From Tubulanus polymorphus (taxonomy: Eukaryota > Animalia > Nemertea), in assembly GCF_964204645.1 (NCBI RefSeq), contig NC_134027.1, positions 2,140,485 to 2,204,484 on the forward strand: a DNA stretch of 64,000 nt, written 5' to 3'. Each line of letters starts with the position of its first letter. Position 1 is the stretch's first letter. Below, piece by piece: positions 48,001-61,345 of the stretch. The translations under genes were made by a program, and so were the position numbers. The notes beneath the pieces were generated by a model. That model made no database searches. It saw only the letters and a program-made list of their open reading frames with translations, and was not told the origin of the DNA.

Positions 48001-51000
48001 GCAGCAGTTAGACAGGTACGTCGTCATTGTTATTTTCATTGTCAATAAGTTAACTCTTGAGTCAAATCTACCGGTACCATCTTGAATGTTGTGGTGTGAC
48101 ATTTTCTCTCTTCAGTTCAAATGAGAAGGTTGTTGAATTGGAGAAGCGATTAGAATCAGCTCCAAAACAAGACATGGTTGACAGGTAGATGCATAGTTTA
48201 TTTACTCTTGTGTTCACTACTTGTAGCAGTTTCAATACACCGTACTTGTATTTTGTGTTTGAAGCCTGCAGCAAATGATGAACGCTAAGTCATCAAGTTC
48301 TGAGGAGAAAGATTCATTACTGAATGAAAAACAAAAGGAAATTGATGAACTTCGAACGCAGCTCACTGAAGTATGTTTATCAATTATATATGAACGCTAA
48401 TTTTACATGAAAACTTTGTATGACGATCACTGTTTGTGTTTTTAGGCTAAAGATGAAATGTCTAAACACAATGTTGCTGCAGAGTCTAGTCAAAGTGAAA
48501 TAACTAAACTACAAGCACAAACAGAGTTGAATGCAAGTGAAATCATCAAACTTCAGCAGCAATTAGAATCTAGTGAAACTATTTGTAAACAATTACAGGA
48601 ACAACTGGACAAGGTACTGTATGGATATACATTACTGCAATTACTCATTGGCCATTTTGATTATTAACGTCTAACTCTATTAACCCTTCTTTTGCACAGG
48701 CTCAAATATCACTTGCGGATAAAGATAGCAGTATTCAGCAATTAGAGAAAAGTATAGCAGACTCAAAGCAATCTAGTCAACAGCAGTTACTTGACAAGGA
48801 GCAGCAGTACACTGCACTGAAATTAGAGCTAGATAGGGTAAATTCTGTTCACTGATACAGTAAATTGTGTTCTCTATATTCTCGGTATGCTTGGTTCAAT
48901 GAATACTGGTATTTTACGGATATTATTTTTCATGCCTCTATTTTGATTTATTTTGTAGACAACACAAAATCTCACTACAAAGGAATCCTCACTTGATGAT
49001 ATGAATAAACAACTAACTGATGTCCAAACTCATTATCAGGCTGAGGTAGCAATTGAATCGTGCTCAAGTTTTGATACAAAATTCTTTTTTCGACAAATAA
49101 GATTTATTTCGAATTCATTTGTATTAGGTCACAACGAATGATGAATTAAAGTCACAATACTTGGAAGTGAAAGGTCAACTTGAAGATGAAAATCGAAAAA
49201 GCCAGACCCGGTAGAGCAACTAATGTCACTTTGAATGGCTATATAGGATATAATGCTTTCTAGTATGTGTCACTGTATATTTGAACTTTTAGATTGTCAA
49301 AGGTGAAGGAACTCGAGGATTCATTGGAACAGTCAAGACAAACCATTCACAAATTGGAAGCTGAAAGTCAAGAGCTCATAGCTAAGGTTCATCTCATTCA
49401 TATTCAGTAGATGTTCAAAACTATATCAGTTTAATAGCGCATAATCTTAAATGTGAGTTTTTATGAATCTTCCAGATTGAATTGGGTGAAGGAGTTCAAA
49501 CCGCCATCAATCAACTTCAACAGGAAAAGGTAGAGTTTAATGTATATAAGGATTAATTACGTGTAATTGTTGAACCTGTAATATGTAGATGCTCTTCCCT
49601 ATCCTAATTAGGAAGGACTTCAAACAAAGTTGGTATCTCTGGAAACAAACTTTTCTGAAAAATCTGAAGAAAGCGCAAAAGAGCTGGAGGCAGTTCACCA
49701 ACAACTTCAAACGGTTAAAACGCAACTTGAAACTTCCAAAGAAAAATCTCTCAAACTTGAAAAGAGTCTTCAAAGCAAGAAGGAAAAACTAAACGCATCT
49801 ATGGAAAAGGTTACCAGCCTTGAAGCAGAGCTTCAGACAAAGGTATTATGAAGTTAACTACAACTACTCATTGGTTCATGAAAATTTGAAATACTTGTAC
49901 TTATTACGATGTATCAACATTGTAGAATGAAGTACTTTTAGCTACTAAAGCAGCAAAAACTACTCAAAGAACTGATCTTGAAAGTCATCTACAAACAGCA
50001 AAAAACACAATAGACGAGAAAAATGTTGTGATTGATAATTTAAAAGAAAACCTCGAAAAGGTATGTTTTAGTATAGATTTCATTATCATTATTGTCTTGA
50101 AAAATGCATATTCTGCAAGATTTCTTTTGATGTTTTCCTAAACTTAAGGCAACTGAAGAACTGAAGAAAACAGAGAAAGACTACGTCACTCTTCAAGCTG
50201 ATTTCAAAGAACATAAAGTCAAACAAACTGATCTACAACATAGATATGACCAACTACTAAATGATGCAAAAGACAAGGTGCTGTTTTGATATTTTTTTGT
50301 TACAGTTTTATGATATCATGAATTAAGAATTGGCATCCTATATTGAATTTATGCACTATGATAGGTGGCAATATTGGAGGAACTGAAAACTGCAAAGGAA
50401 ACCCTGGAAAAGCAGGTGTCAGAAACTAGTAAGCAGTTGTCAGATAGTACAAAGAAATCTGATTACCTTGACACTGAACTGCAAACAACAAATAAACAAT
50501 TAATCGAAGCAAAGAAACAGTGTGAAACTTTGCAAAATGAGCTAAAAGAAAAGGTACTAGTATGAAATATGATATCTGCCTGGTACTTCAAAGATATTAT
50601 TGTATAGATAGAAACACATTCAATATATGTTTAAACACATAATGTAGAAAGACATTGAAATGACATGTAAACTTCATTGTAGACTGAATTGATATCGCAC
50701 ACTGAAAAACAAGCAAATGACCTACAAGAACAAGTAAAACAAGCTCGCGAAGAAGTTCAACAAAAAGCAAATCATGTACAACAATTGGAGACTAATATAA
50801 GTCAAGTATGTGGTCATTGCATACCGGTAGACCATGTAGATGTTTTAGTTTTATATACCCGGTATGCATCTGTATCTTTTGAAATATGATCTTTCCTCAG
50901 TTGACAGCTGAACACACAAATACGAGAGAAAGCATAATGAAATTGCAGTCAACCATAAAACAATTAGCTCAAGGTAAAGCTGATTTAGAGTCATCTCTTC

Positions 51001-54000
51001 AAGGACAGTTGACTACGATGAAAAATGAGCAGAATAGTTTGGTTGCTGTGAAACAGAAGATGGAAAATGATTTGGTTCACGCTTCACGCGAGTTACAAAA
51101 GGCAAAGAGTGACTATGAAGAGCAGAAGGTACACTATAAATCTTGTGCATGCGGTTGAAAATCCTTTCTCCAGGTGATAATCATGTCTATATCATTTTAG
51201 ACATTGCTGCAAAATAACCTGGATGAATATAAGACGCGTGTTGATGATATGGTCAGTCGTTTGAAGTCACTGGAGGACGAGTTACAAAATGAAAAGGTTT
51301 TACCTCATAACTTAGATTTTAATGCTTTAAATCTGTATGTATATAGATCGTAGATACTCAATTTTATTTTCATTTGAATTTCAGTCTCAGCTGCAAGAGA
51401 AATTGAAAGTTGAAGCTCTAATGAGTTCAAAGGTAATGAGTTGATGATATAATCTATCTATTGTGTTATTGAATTGTCATTTATTATGATCTATCATGTT
51501 TGTTACTTCTCAAATAGCTTGGTTTACTAGAAAAGGAAAAACACGAGTTACAAATCAGAGTTAATGAACTTCAAAGTGAATTATTGACTGTTCGCGATGA
51601 TCTTTCATCAAAGGTAAGTGAATTGCACAGAATTATGTGAAAATATATAACATCATGAATATTTACATGTTTTAACTTCATTGTGCAGCTTCAAGAAACT
51701 CAGTTAAGTGAAAAGAAACTACAAACTGTTCTTGAACAGAAAGATGAAGTCCAAAAAGATTTACAAAGACAAATTGAGGTAAGATGTTCATTTGAAAGAA
51801 ATTATTGTAGTTCATTACGATGTCCACTGACACTGTTCCACTAACATTTCTGATTGTAGACTTTACAAACTGAAGTTGCCAAACCATGTTTCCAGTGTAA
51901 GAATTATGAAAATCAAATAGTCAGACTTCAAGAGCAGTTTAAGGTAATCTATTTTGCAACATCCTAAGAATTGCTAGCATCGTATTAGATGAACATGACT
52001 CTGTTTGTTTCAGGAAGCAACAGAGGCTCACAATAAAACCGAGATGGAATTAAAATCTAGTCAGAGCACAACAGCAGAAATTGTCTCCACTCTTGATAAT
52101 GTGACAAAAGAGCTCAATGATTCTAAGGAACATGGAAATGAGCTTCAAGAATCTTTAGACAGAGTTTCTGCAGCAAAGACAGAACTAGAGAATTCAATTC
52201 AGGCTAAGGATAAAGATATACAACAGTTGAATATGTCTAAGGTGTCACTTCTAGGAGACAAGGTATGTAAATACGCGGTCAATCTATCTAGATAATCATC
52301 CCTGAAAATATTATAACGAATATCTGTGCTTTATAGGAAATTCTTGAAGGAAAACTATTAGAACTGAACCACAATCTGACTGATTTGGGTGTCATAAAGG
52401 CTGCATTAGAGCACGATCTTGAGAATACCAAGGATGAGATGGGAAAACAGAAGAACGATATGGACAAGGTTAGCCTTCGAGATTTACTTTAACGTTCATT
52501 TCATTCGATGTATTGTACTTAAACGGTCTGTATTACTTTGACCTTTGTTAATGTAGCAAATTCAGGAACTGAAAGACTTGAAGCAAATACTCATAAATCA
52601 GAAAATTGAATTACAAACACAGATTGATACTCTGACAGAGACCGAGAAAAATGTAAGGATCACAATATTTATTGAAATTGCTTGATGAATTTATCCAAAA
52701 TATCATTTGACATTTAATACATAAAGAAATATCTGTTTAGCTGAATAAAGAGATTGATGAAATGAAAGTGGCAGCGAATGATGTTCAGAAAATGTTACGA
52801 GAAGAGAATTCACGATTACAAAATAAACTGGTAAAATTCCGATAAACTCTTGTGAGTCCTTTCCTTCGATATATGGCAGGATATGTATCTTAAATTTGTA
52901 ATTTCAGTCTCAAGAATCCGAATCCAAAGAAAAAATAGAAAAAGAACGAGCGGAGAATGAACAAAGATATGAGATGCAGCTGACGGCATTGAATGAAAAT
53001 TTGACCACATTGAGAGCTGACCTCAATACTGCCCAGGAACAGATTATACAATTAAAAGAGTTAAGGGATAAAGTACACGGAGAGAAACTTGGTGAGTATA
53101 ACTCAATAAAACATGAAAAGTTTCAATAGACTGAAATTGAAAAACCCACACTACTAGAGGATTTTGACATTATGAGCCATTTTACAAACCATAGCGTTTG
53201 AGTCGAAATGTCAAAATCCTCTTGAAGTTTTACTTCATAAATGTGGGTTTTTCTCTAAAACATGAAAAGTTTGTCTAATTTGTCATTAAAATCACCCGTA
53301 TATGTCTGAATTCTGTAGAATTGGACGCCAAGTTAGAGAATAATAATGATGAAAGGAGAGCTTTGTTGGAGAGGTAAGTGATCGATTCCTTGGTCAGATG
53401 AAAGCTTGTCAGAAAGAACGAAAAGTATCTTGATTCCCTATTCATCTTTTCAAGGTGTATATCTAGTGAAAATGAATGCGAGAAACTTCGCAGTACTGTC
53501 ACCGAACTAAGGCGTAAGTTAGAGGATTCACAAGCGGCACTCTTAGAACTCGGCCGAGAGAATCAAACTTTACAGATATCAAGCAGTAAAATGACAGGAA
53601 GGAAATGGGCAGATGATAAAGATGTTTTGCATTGTGTGGCTTGTGATAAACTCTTTTCAGTGACCGTGAGAAAGGTGAGTTGAAAATCAATATAAACCAC
53701 TCTCTAATAATGCATGTCAATTGTAGATAGGTTAACAATGTTGCACTCAGGAAATAAATTAGTTTGTTACCTAATCCTTGGTGGTAAACTTTTATAATCG
53801 GATGGGCTTTTTGTATGTGGTTTGTGAGAATATCTAATCGTGAAACTAAACCACTGACAGGTTACTGACTAGAAATTAATGATAAATATTTTTTCGATTT
53901 ATTGAACTGGAAACCATAACGTTTCAGCTGTTGGAATGAGACCGGTAGAATGAGATCGTAAACAGATGTTACTCGATTCTATCATTTCTTTCTGTGTGTT

Positions 54001-54161
54001 TTCAGCATCATTGTCGAAATTGTGGATACATATTCTGTAATGAATGCAGCGCGCACTCATCGGTGATAGCATCTTCCAAAAAACCAGTTCGCGTTTGTGA
54101 CTCTTGTTTTATCGAAATCAACCAGAACCGAACAGAAACAATATCGTTATCCGCGAGTTAA
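45041..54161 (+). CDS. EEA1: Early endosome antigen 1, multi-exon
   Basis: C2H2 finger [19 protein letters not shown] (46352-46455), [17 protein letters not shown]|[12 protein letters not shown], long coiled-coil exons, ERRALLER and [15 protein letters not shown], and a C-terminal FYVE domain RKWADD..RK|[19 protein letters not shown]. Stop TAA at 54159-54161. Confidence 0.96.
53755..53872. repeat. Dispersed ~120-bp repeat; inverted copy at ~60750-60865
   Basis: gttacctaatccttggtggtaa..tcgtgaaactaaaccactgacaggttactgacta matches the reverse complement of tagtcagtaacctgtc..ttaccaccaacgattaggtaac. Confidence 0.8.
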
Positions 54162-54202
54162 AATACCTGGTACCAGTCATGACGCTTGTAATGAAACGTT
54201 TT

Positions 54203-54634
54203 CTACGGAAGCGATATAGGGCCTCGAGATGTCGCGTTCCAACTCGACAAGTCGTCATATCTATGTCGACATACCGCGATATATCGCGTCAAGTCGACAT
54301 GAATATGTCGACATGAATATGTCGACATATCGTGACGTTTTCACGACAAATTTCACTTTTTCGCCCATTTTCCACGGGACAAGCCGTCATTTGAAGACAT
54401 GTCTAAATGTAAGATGAGGACGCCAGTGATATGACGACCGAGTTTCAAGTCGTCATGAATATGTCGACTTGTCGCAAGGAAAGTGGTCGAGAAAGCGAAA
54501 TATGTCGTCAAATCGTCACGATATATCGACATATTCATGTCGACTTGACGCGATATATCGCGGTATGTCGACATAAATATGGCGACTTGTCGAGTTGGAA
54601 CGCGACATCTCGAGGCCCCTTATCGCTTCCGTAG
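54203..54634. mobile_element. 432-bp fold-back MITE just downstream of the EEA1 stop codon
   Basis: CTACGGAAGCGAT...ATCGCTTCCGTAG ends, more than 100 bp of near-perfect TIR, TTTT on both flanks and CpG-rich gtcgac subrepeats. Confidence 0.92.
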
Positions 54635-55947
54635 TTTTCCATCGCGCTATCATTCTTTATAGCTACCATTTCATTTTTCGTTTTTTCTGAAAATATCATC
54701 TGCCTTGACTAATAACGTATTAATTGGAAATCCTTCCAAATGAAACTTAAAAGCATTTTCGCAGTTGGCAGCTCACGGGCCCGTTTTATTAGGCAATGTA
54801 TGAATTGAATAATGAAGTGTTTTATTCGTATATATGTATATATTTCTACCGATGCTTGTATTAACTTACGGCCATTGTTCACAATTGATTTAACCTCGTT
54901 ATACCATACATCATCCATAGCCCTACAGTATCAGTTCAAGCCACATATTTCATATTTTGGTTGATATTATCATTGTGTGTTGTACGAGAATGTGTCCAGA
55001 ATTGCCAAATCACTCTACATTTAAACATTGAGTTAAAAAAGTTATTATTGAGTTAATATTTTATTTCTACTGCTGTTTTATTTATGAAGGTACGTCATGA
55101 GTAACTCTTGTGTTGTTCAGTATTCTACCGATAATATCTTTGCTTGTTTATAATGTGTATGAATAAATTTATATCCATAAAATCATTGTTTTCTATTATT
55201 TCTAGGTATCTATAATAATTCTCAGGCTCATTGCCAGGTGATTTTTCAGATAATCTTGTAAATCAAAAATCAGCACTTTTTGTGAAAAGTAAGCACAAAT
55301 CAGGGCCTTAGAAACGTAGCACTCGTAGACTCGCTACAAACCATGATTAAGAAAGAAATTAATCAAGCCAACAAATTCAGTTTAAAGCTAAACAATATTT
55401 TATTCACACTGATAACTATTCAATTCCATTATGCTAATGATTGTTTTACATTTCACGATGTATTAATGAGGACTAGGTAAGTCAAAGAGTCTCGACTATG
55501 ATGCTAAAAACTAAATAATGCCATTTGATATATTTCTCACCTCACTAGCACAGATGATAGTACCAGTTATCAATCATTGCTTATTACATTATCAATATTC
55601 ACTCATCGATAGATTAATCATTGAACTTTGTTTAACATTATTTGGTACATCAATACACAAATATCTGTATGACATGTACTACAGTAGACTCCGCCCAAGT
55701 CGGATCTCATAATCTCTAATAACCGCTCAACTCGGATGTTTTCGACATATTTTTGTGACATTATATATGAAATACATAACAACTAACTTCACTCGAGTCA
55801 GACACATTTTTACGGTCCCAAAAGATCTGATTTGAGCGAAGTCTACCGTTCAAAAAACACGAGTCTAAACTGATGAAAATCAACAATATTGCAGTCAATC
55901 CAAGCACAGGGTCGAGCACTGTATAACCGGTATATTTATATAAGATT

Positions 55948-58900
55948 TCAGCCATCATTGCTGTCCGATATGTTGGTCTTCTCGTTTTCAACATCGGATG
56001 TCGCGATTAAGTCACCAGTATCAGAGTTCAACATCGGATCTGTATATATATATATATACGAGAGATAGAAACATGAATGAACATTTATGAGACAGATTTA
56101 TAGATTTTGAGATGAAACGGAATGAAATAAAACTAACCGCACAGAGTTGACATATAGATATCTCTATCCGTACTACCATTAGACTGAGCATACTGCGGAG
56201 GCGCCATTACTAAATCAGTAGCATCTACAACTGTTCCGTCGAGATCGGTATCATCAGTTATATCTGATACATGCATTGACTGAAACATGACATATCAACT
56301 TATAATACGAGCTGTGTATTGTAGAATATTGTGTATAGCTCATAACATAGGGCAGGCACGGATCTAGGGGGTCTTATAGGTCTTCTGGAAGACCCTCAAA
56401 ATTTTTAAGTGCCCTCTAAAAATTTTACTCGCAAAACAAATTCATGACTCAAAATGCAGGAAATGGCTTCAAATCAGTGCTGGAATCTCAAAATTTTCTG
56501 GGGGCCTCAGAGCATCAATATTTACTCATCAATAAATTAATCATTGAACTTTGTTTAACATTATTTGGTACATCAATACACAAATATCTGCATGACATGT
56601 ACTACAGTAGACTCCGCCCAAGTCGGATCTGATGAACTCTGATCACCATTCAACTCAGATGTTTTCGAAATATTTTTGTGACATTATACATGAAATGTGT
56701 GTCATCTGTAGGGTGATGGTGATAGTGAGAGACTTACTTGAGAAGTGTAAGGTTCACGGCCGATGATTTGACATTGTTCCTCAACTTCCAGCACTGATGG
56801 TACTGCCACGCGATCATCTGTTACTTTACGAGTATACTTTTGAATTACATCGACTACAATGACAACGCAAGAGACAAAATAAAGCAAACAGCTTTTGAGA
56901 GTAGTGATATATCTGATATAACGAGTGTAAACTGCTCACCGTGATCGATGGGAAGTTCATTGATATCCTGATCAATTGAGTTCGTAGAATCATTATCTAT
57001 CACTTGAATCTGCTGATCATTCAATTGAATAGTGACATCATCATTATTCTGGATGGAATCAGTGACCTGAAAATAATGAGTGGAAATATTCACATCTCAG
57101 ATCACTATTCAATTCTATTAGATCATCATAAAAATTGCTCTGTTGTCCAAATTTGCCGAATATTTACCTGTATAGGCAGAGTATGCACGATAATATGGTC
57201 ACTGGTCATGTTGGGATTGCAAAATGAAATTGCAGGATTGTTTTGCGGTTGGGTGATTAAATACGTCCCGGAGCTTGTAGGCATCAGATGGTGTTCCGTA
57301 CCAGTCAGTAATTCATATTGAACATGACCTGGAATCAAGTCATCTTCACTTATCAACGCGCTGCTAGTAACGGGTACACTTGTTTCATTCAATAAACCTA
57401 CAAATAAACACATTATCATCAGACACAGTTTGATAGCTAAAATGCCTATTCATCAAAAGTAAAATGCACGCTTTGAGAACTAACCTTTATTCATTGATGA
57501 AATGGGAATGTTAGATGATGTTGCGGGCACAAGACTAACTCTCTGACGCAGTTTCACTACCGGCGCGTGGTAGAAACTATGACAATTTTTATCCTGACAT
57601 TGCTTCAACACTGATACGATATCTGAAATAAAAGAATTATCGAATAATCCCAGCAAAATGATGTCAGCACGTTGATAATTCTATCGACGTAGTTATCATA
57701 TCTTACCAGGAAACGAAAGAAGTTGGTAATTCTGTACATGCTTTTTTAAAGACCACCATTTACCCCTCAACCATTGAGGTGACCGTACACTGTAAGAATA
57801 GGCAAATATGTACAAAAACTTGTATTATCACAATAAATACTACAGGGGAAACTTGATTATGATTACAGAAGATTTTACCTGTTCCAGCCTTTTGCGAGTT
57901 CATTCCAATCTACATCTGTTTCAGTTTGAGCATTCATTGATGCAATTCTACAGATCAAAGAAAAGGTATGTCGAGATAACACACAATAAAAAGAACACAC
58001 ATAATAAAGACAAAGGACTGATTTAGTTCTGTTGTTTGGTCTGGTATATCATGTAATCAGTGTGCCTAGGATGGCTGTAAGATGATAACGGAATTAACAG
58101 TATATCATTCAATCTAACAGAATAATTCATCTTTTTTTTTATTTATCATGTATCAAAGAAAAGCACTTAGAACGCAAAAAATATATAGATTAACATCTGG
58201 TTTGAGGTGATTTGAAGTTATAACTTACTTATTCACGAGAGCGTTATCATCGTCTCGCGTCCAATCAGAGCCACCTTTCTGCTTCCAATTCAAATAATTT
58301 AACCACTTAGTTCGACATTGTTTTTCAGTTCTAGTTCGTACGTCCTCAGCGACAGCAGCCCACGATACGCCTGTCGTTATATTCTCACCTAAAACATATA
58401 ATCAGTTAGTTTTAGAGTTAGAGAGAGAGAGGTGTATCTACTGCGACGATATCAGCAGATGATTTCAGTTTCCTCACCGCGAACGGAACCGGTAAGTTTA
58501 TAAACCGCATCACCGAGTCGTTGCTCTTCATCTGGATACCATTTACCTGTTTTCAATATGAGAGAACAATTTCATGAATGATCAAAATCCATTGAAACGT
58601 GTTTCAGAGTATAAAGTTATCGAAGAGATTGTGGGGACCTGCAGAAATGATACACACCTGTATTACAGGTCTCTCGCAGTAGTCTACATCTATCTTTAAC
58701 CGAGGATGCACTTCGACCCATCTCTGCTCCAATAGCTGCCCAGTCAGAACCATGCTTCTTACGCAATCTGTAATTGACAGTAATTCATAGACAAGAACAA
58801 GAGAACCATCGATGAAACTCGCATCAATGGCAGCGAAGACAAAAACTTGTTTCATAGAAACTTTCATACGGACATGAGACATAAAATAGGACTTATTTTT

Positions 58901-60509
58901 TAGCGAAAAAAGAACAATTCAAGAGATGTACATTCTCAACAAAGGACACTACCGTAAATGTTCAACTTCAATATTTCTCAAAATTGAAGGAGTTTCTAAG
59001 GCATTTTGCTTAAATCAAAGGAGTTTCAAAAATCTTTCAAAGGATTTCCATTTAGAAGGAGTTTCTACAGTTTTGTCACTAGACACTGAGTTCAACTTAC
59101 TCGATTAATTTCTTGATTTCAGCAGGTGTATATTTTCCCACATAGTTCTTCTTGTCGTACATTCGTATGACTCGACGATAGACAGAAAACAGCGGTCGAT
59201 TCAAACCCTTCGCGACCGTACGATAGAAGTCTTTTCGTTCGTCTTTCGAAAGCCCGAATACAATTTCGGCCGGATCGGTAAATCCGAAATCCTGTTGGAA
59301 TATAAGATGCAATCGATGTATGGAATGAAGTTTAGAATGAGAAGAATACCGAATCAATGAAATACCTTGCAATAGTTTTCAATGTTTACTTGTAGCAACA
59401 AAACTTCTTCTTTTGACCACTGACCCTGTCTCCATGATTGACCTAATGATATGAATAAAAATTCTTAAAATAATAATCCTCTAAAAAACAGAATTCAGAG
59501 AACCCAAAATTCCCTGATATTTCACTGTTTTTCCTTGACCCTAGATCAAAAATTCCCAGTTCAAATTATAAGTCACAGAATCCTCAATAGGTTCTTAGTG
59601 CCACATCAGCAAGAACAACAAGACTACAAAAAAAAATTAAAATTCCCTGATTTTTCAAAAAAATAATCACAATTGCTTGATTTTTTTCCATGCAAGGAAG
59701 GAGATTAAAAACAAATTCCTAATTTTGACTTCTCATACTGATAAAAACATTATACCTTTAAACTGAAGCGCTGTTTTATCATCACGAGAAGTAAACCAAG
59801 CCTGACTGACATCAACACTTTGAGCGGGTTGTGCTTCATCAGGTGCATTAGCAGATATCACATCACTGAGACCCTCAACTATTCCACCATCCTCTGAAAA
59901 TATTTACACGTGTATCATCCAAATTGAAAAACATGAAAGTCCCGATTAAACTGGCAGAGATGTAGAGTTCTACTGCGCTTACCTGGCATAGTGACCACAT
60001 AGGTCTGACCGTCGATGGACTCCACACAAAATCGTTTACTAGCAGGCTCTAAACTTTCATCATCTTGATTATTTTCAGTCCCTAAAATAACGAGTTTTAG
60101 AAAAGTAATTTAAATCCTGTTTTTATCGACTGATTGAAATGATTCAGAATAACGAGTGATCGCAGTGCAGGAATACCGGTAAGATTTGAATCAGCAGCCT
60201 GTAATATGATGACAGAAGGAATCTGTTGTTTCATTTCACTACATTCTACAATGGCTGGGATATTTGACGACAGATGATCGAGGTCAGTATCCGTAGAAAT
60301 CTCGCTATTATCACATGAAATTACTGCACATTTCTCACTCTAAAAAAGTAACATGATAAATCATAGTCATACATTTTAACGACAGTATGCTCCATTGACA
60401 TTGTCAAGCGGTTAATTACCCCTGGTTCAGAGTGAATATTGCCTCCTGCACCACTGTTTTCACCAGTCATTGATGATACTTCCAGTTCAATTTTACAACC
60501 TATTTCCAT
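55948..60509 (-). CDS. DMTF1: Cyclin-D-binding Myb-like transcription factor 1, multi-exon
   Basis: VSQAWFTSRDDK, WRQGQWSKEE, DERKDFYRTVAKGLNRPLFSVYRRVIRMYD..VGKYTP, GRSASSVKDRCRL and VSWAAVAEDVRTRTEKQCRTKWLNYLNWKQ. The start (60509) and the last exon (stop 55948-55950) are less certain. Confidence 0.93.
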
Positions 60510-61199
60510 ACCTAGAAAAAAAACAAACGGTGAATAAAAAGGCACAAAATCCAATAACTAACACTAAAGGTTTCAATAGGTACCGTAAATTAATTGACAA
60601 AACAACTCAAATTATAAATGTCTATCTTTGAAAGAGAGGGGCTAGAAGCGCAACTTTCTTTAAAACCCTGAGTGTGACTGTGTTGTATCCTTTTGAGACT
60701 GGGGCTTAAACGAATTAAACAATCAAAAAAGAGTGAGCATGGGGTTTAATAGTCAGTAACCTGTCTGTGGTTTAGTTTCACGATCGGATATTTTCACAAA
60801 CCACAGTTGGTATAAGCTCATCCAATTATAAAAAGCTTACCACCAACGATTAGGTAACTAACTAGGGGTTTAAGGGCCTGTTGTGGGAACTCCGTTCATT
60901 GGGATGTAACATTATTGGATGGATACTAATTCGAGTTTTACATTTTATATCTTTTACACTCAAATTTACAGCCAGAAATCTGGTATTTTATTTTTAGTCG
61001 TTCGACATCGGCACATAATATCATATGATATGATGAATATGATATTATAGTGAACTGCGAAAGTAGCTGTCAGTTGACAGACAGCAGACAGTCCACGTGC
61101 TCGAACCCATTCTTACCAGGCCAATGTTTTCGTACGGGGATTCATAAAAATACCAGGATGATCAGAATTACGACGAGAGTTCCAAGAAATTTCCAGAAA

Positions 61200-61345
61200 T
61201 TGAATTGAATTTACTCACTCGCTTCCCTGTGCTGGCAACAGACTGTCCAACCGGAACTAGTCTTAACTCACTTCCCTGTGGTGACTTAAGAACTCACTTC
61301 CCTGTGCCGGTTTCGATTGGATAGTGGAGAAACTAAGATGGCGTC
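61200..61345. promoter_or_regulatory. Probable bidirectional DMTF1/SUCLG2 promoter
   Basis: Head-to-head genes; three copies of actc(a/g)cttccctgtg (~61217, 61267, 61292); YY1-type AAGATGGCG overlapping the SUCLG2 ATG. Confidence 0.6.
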
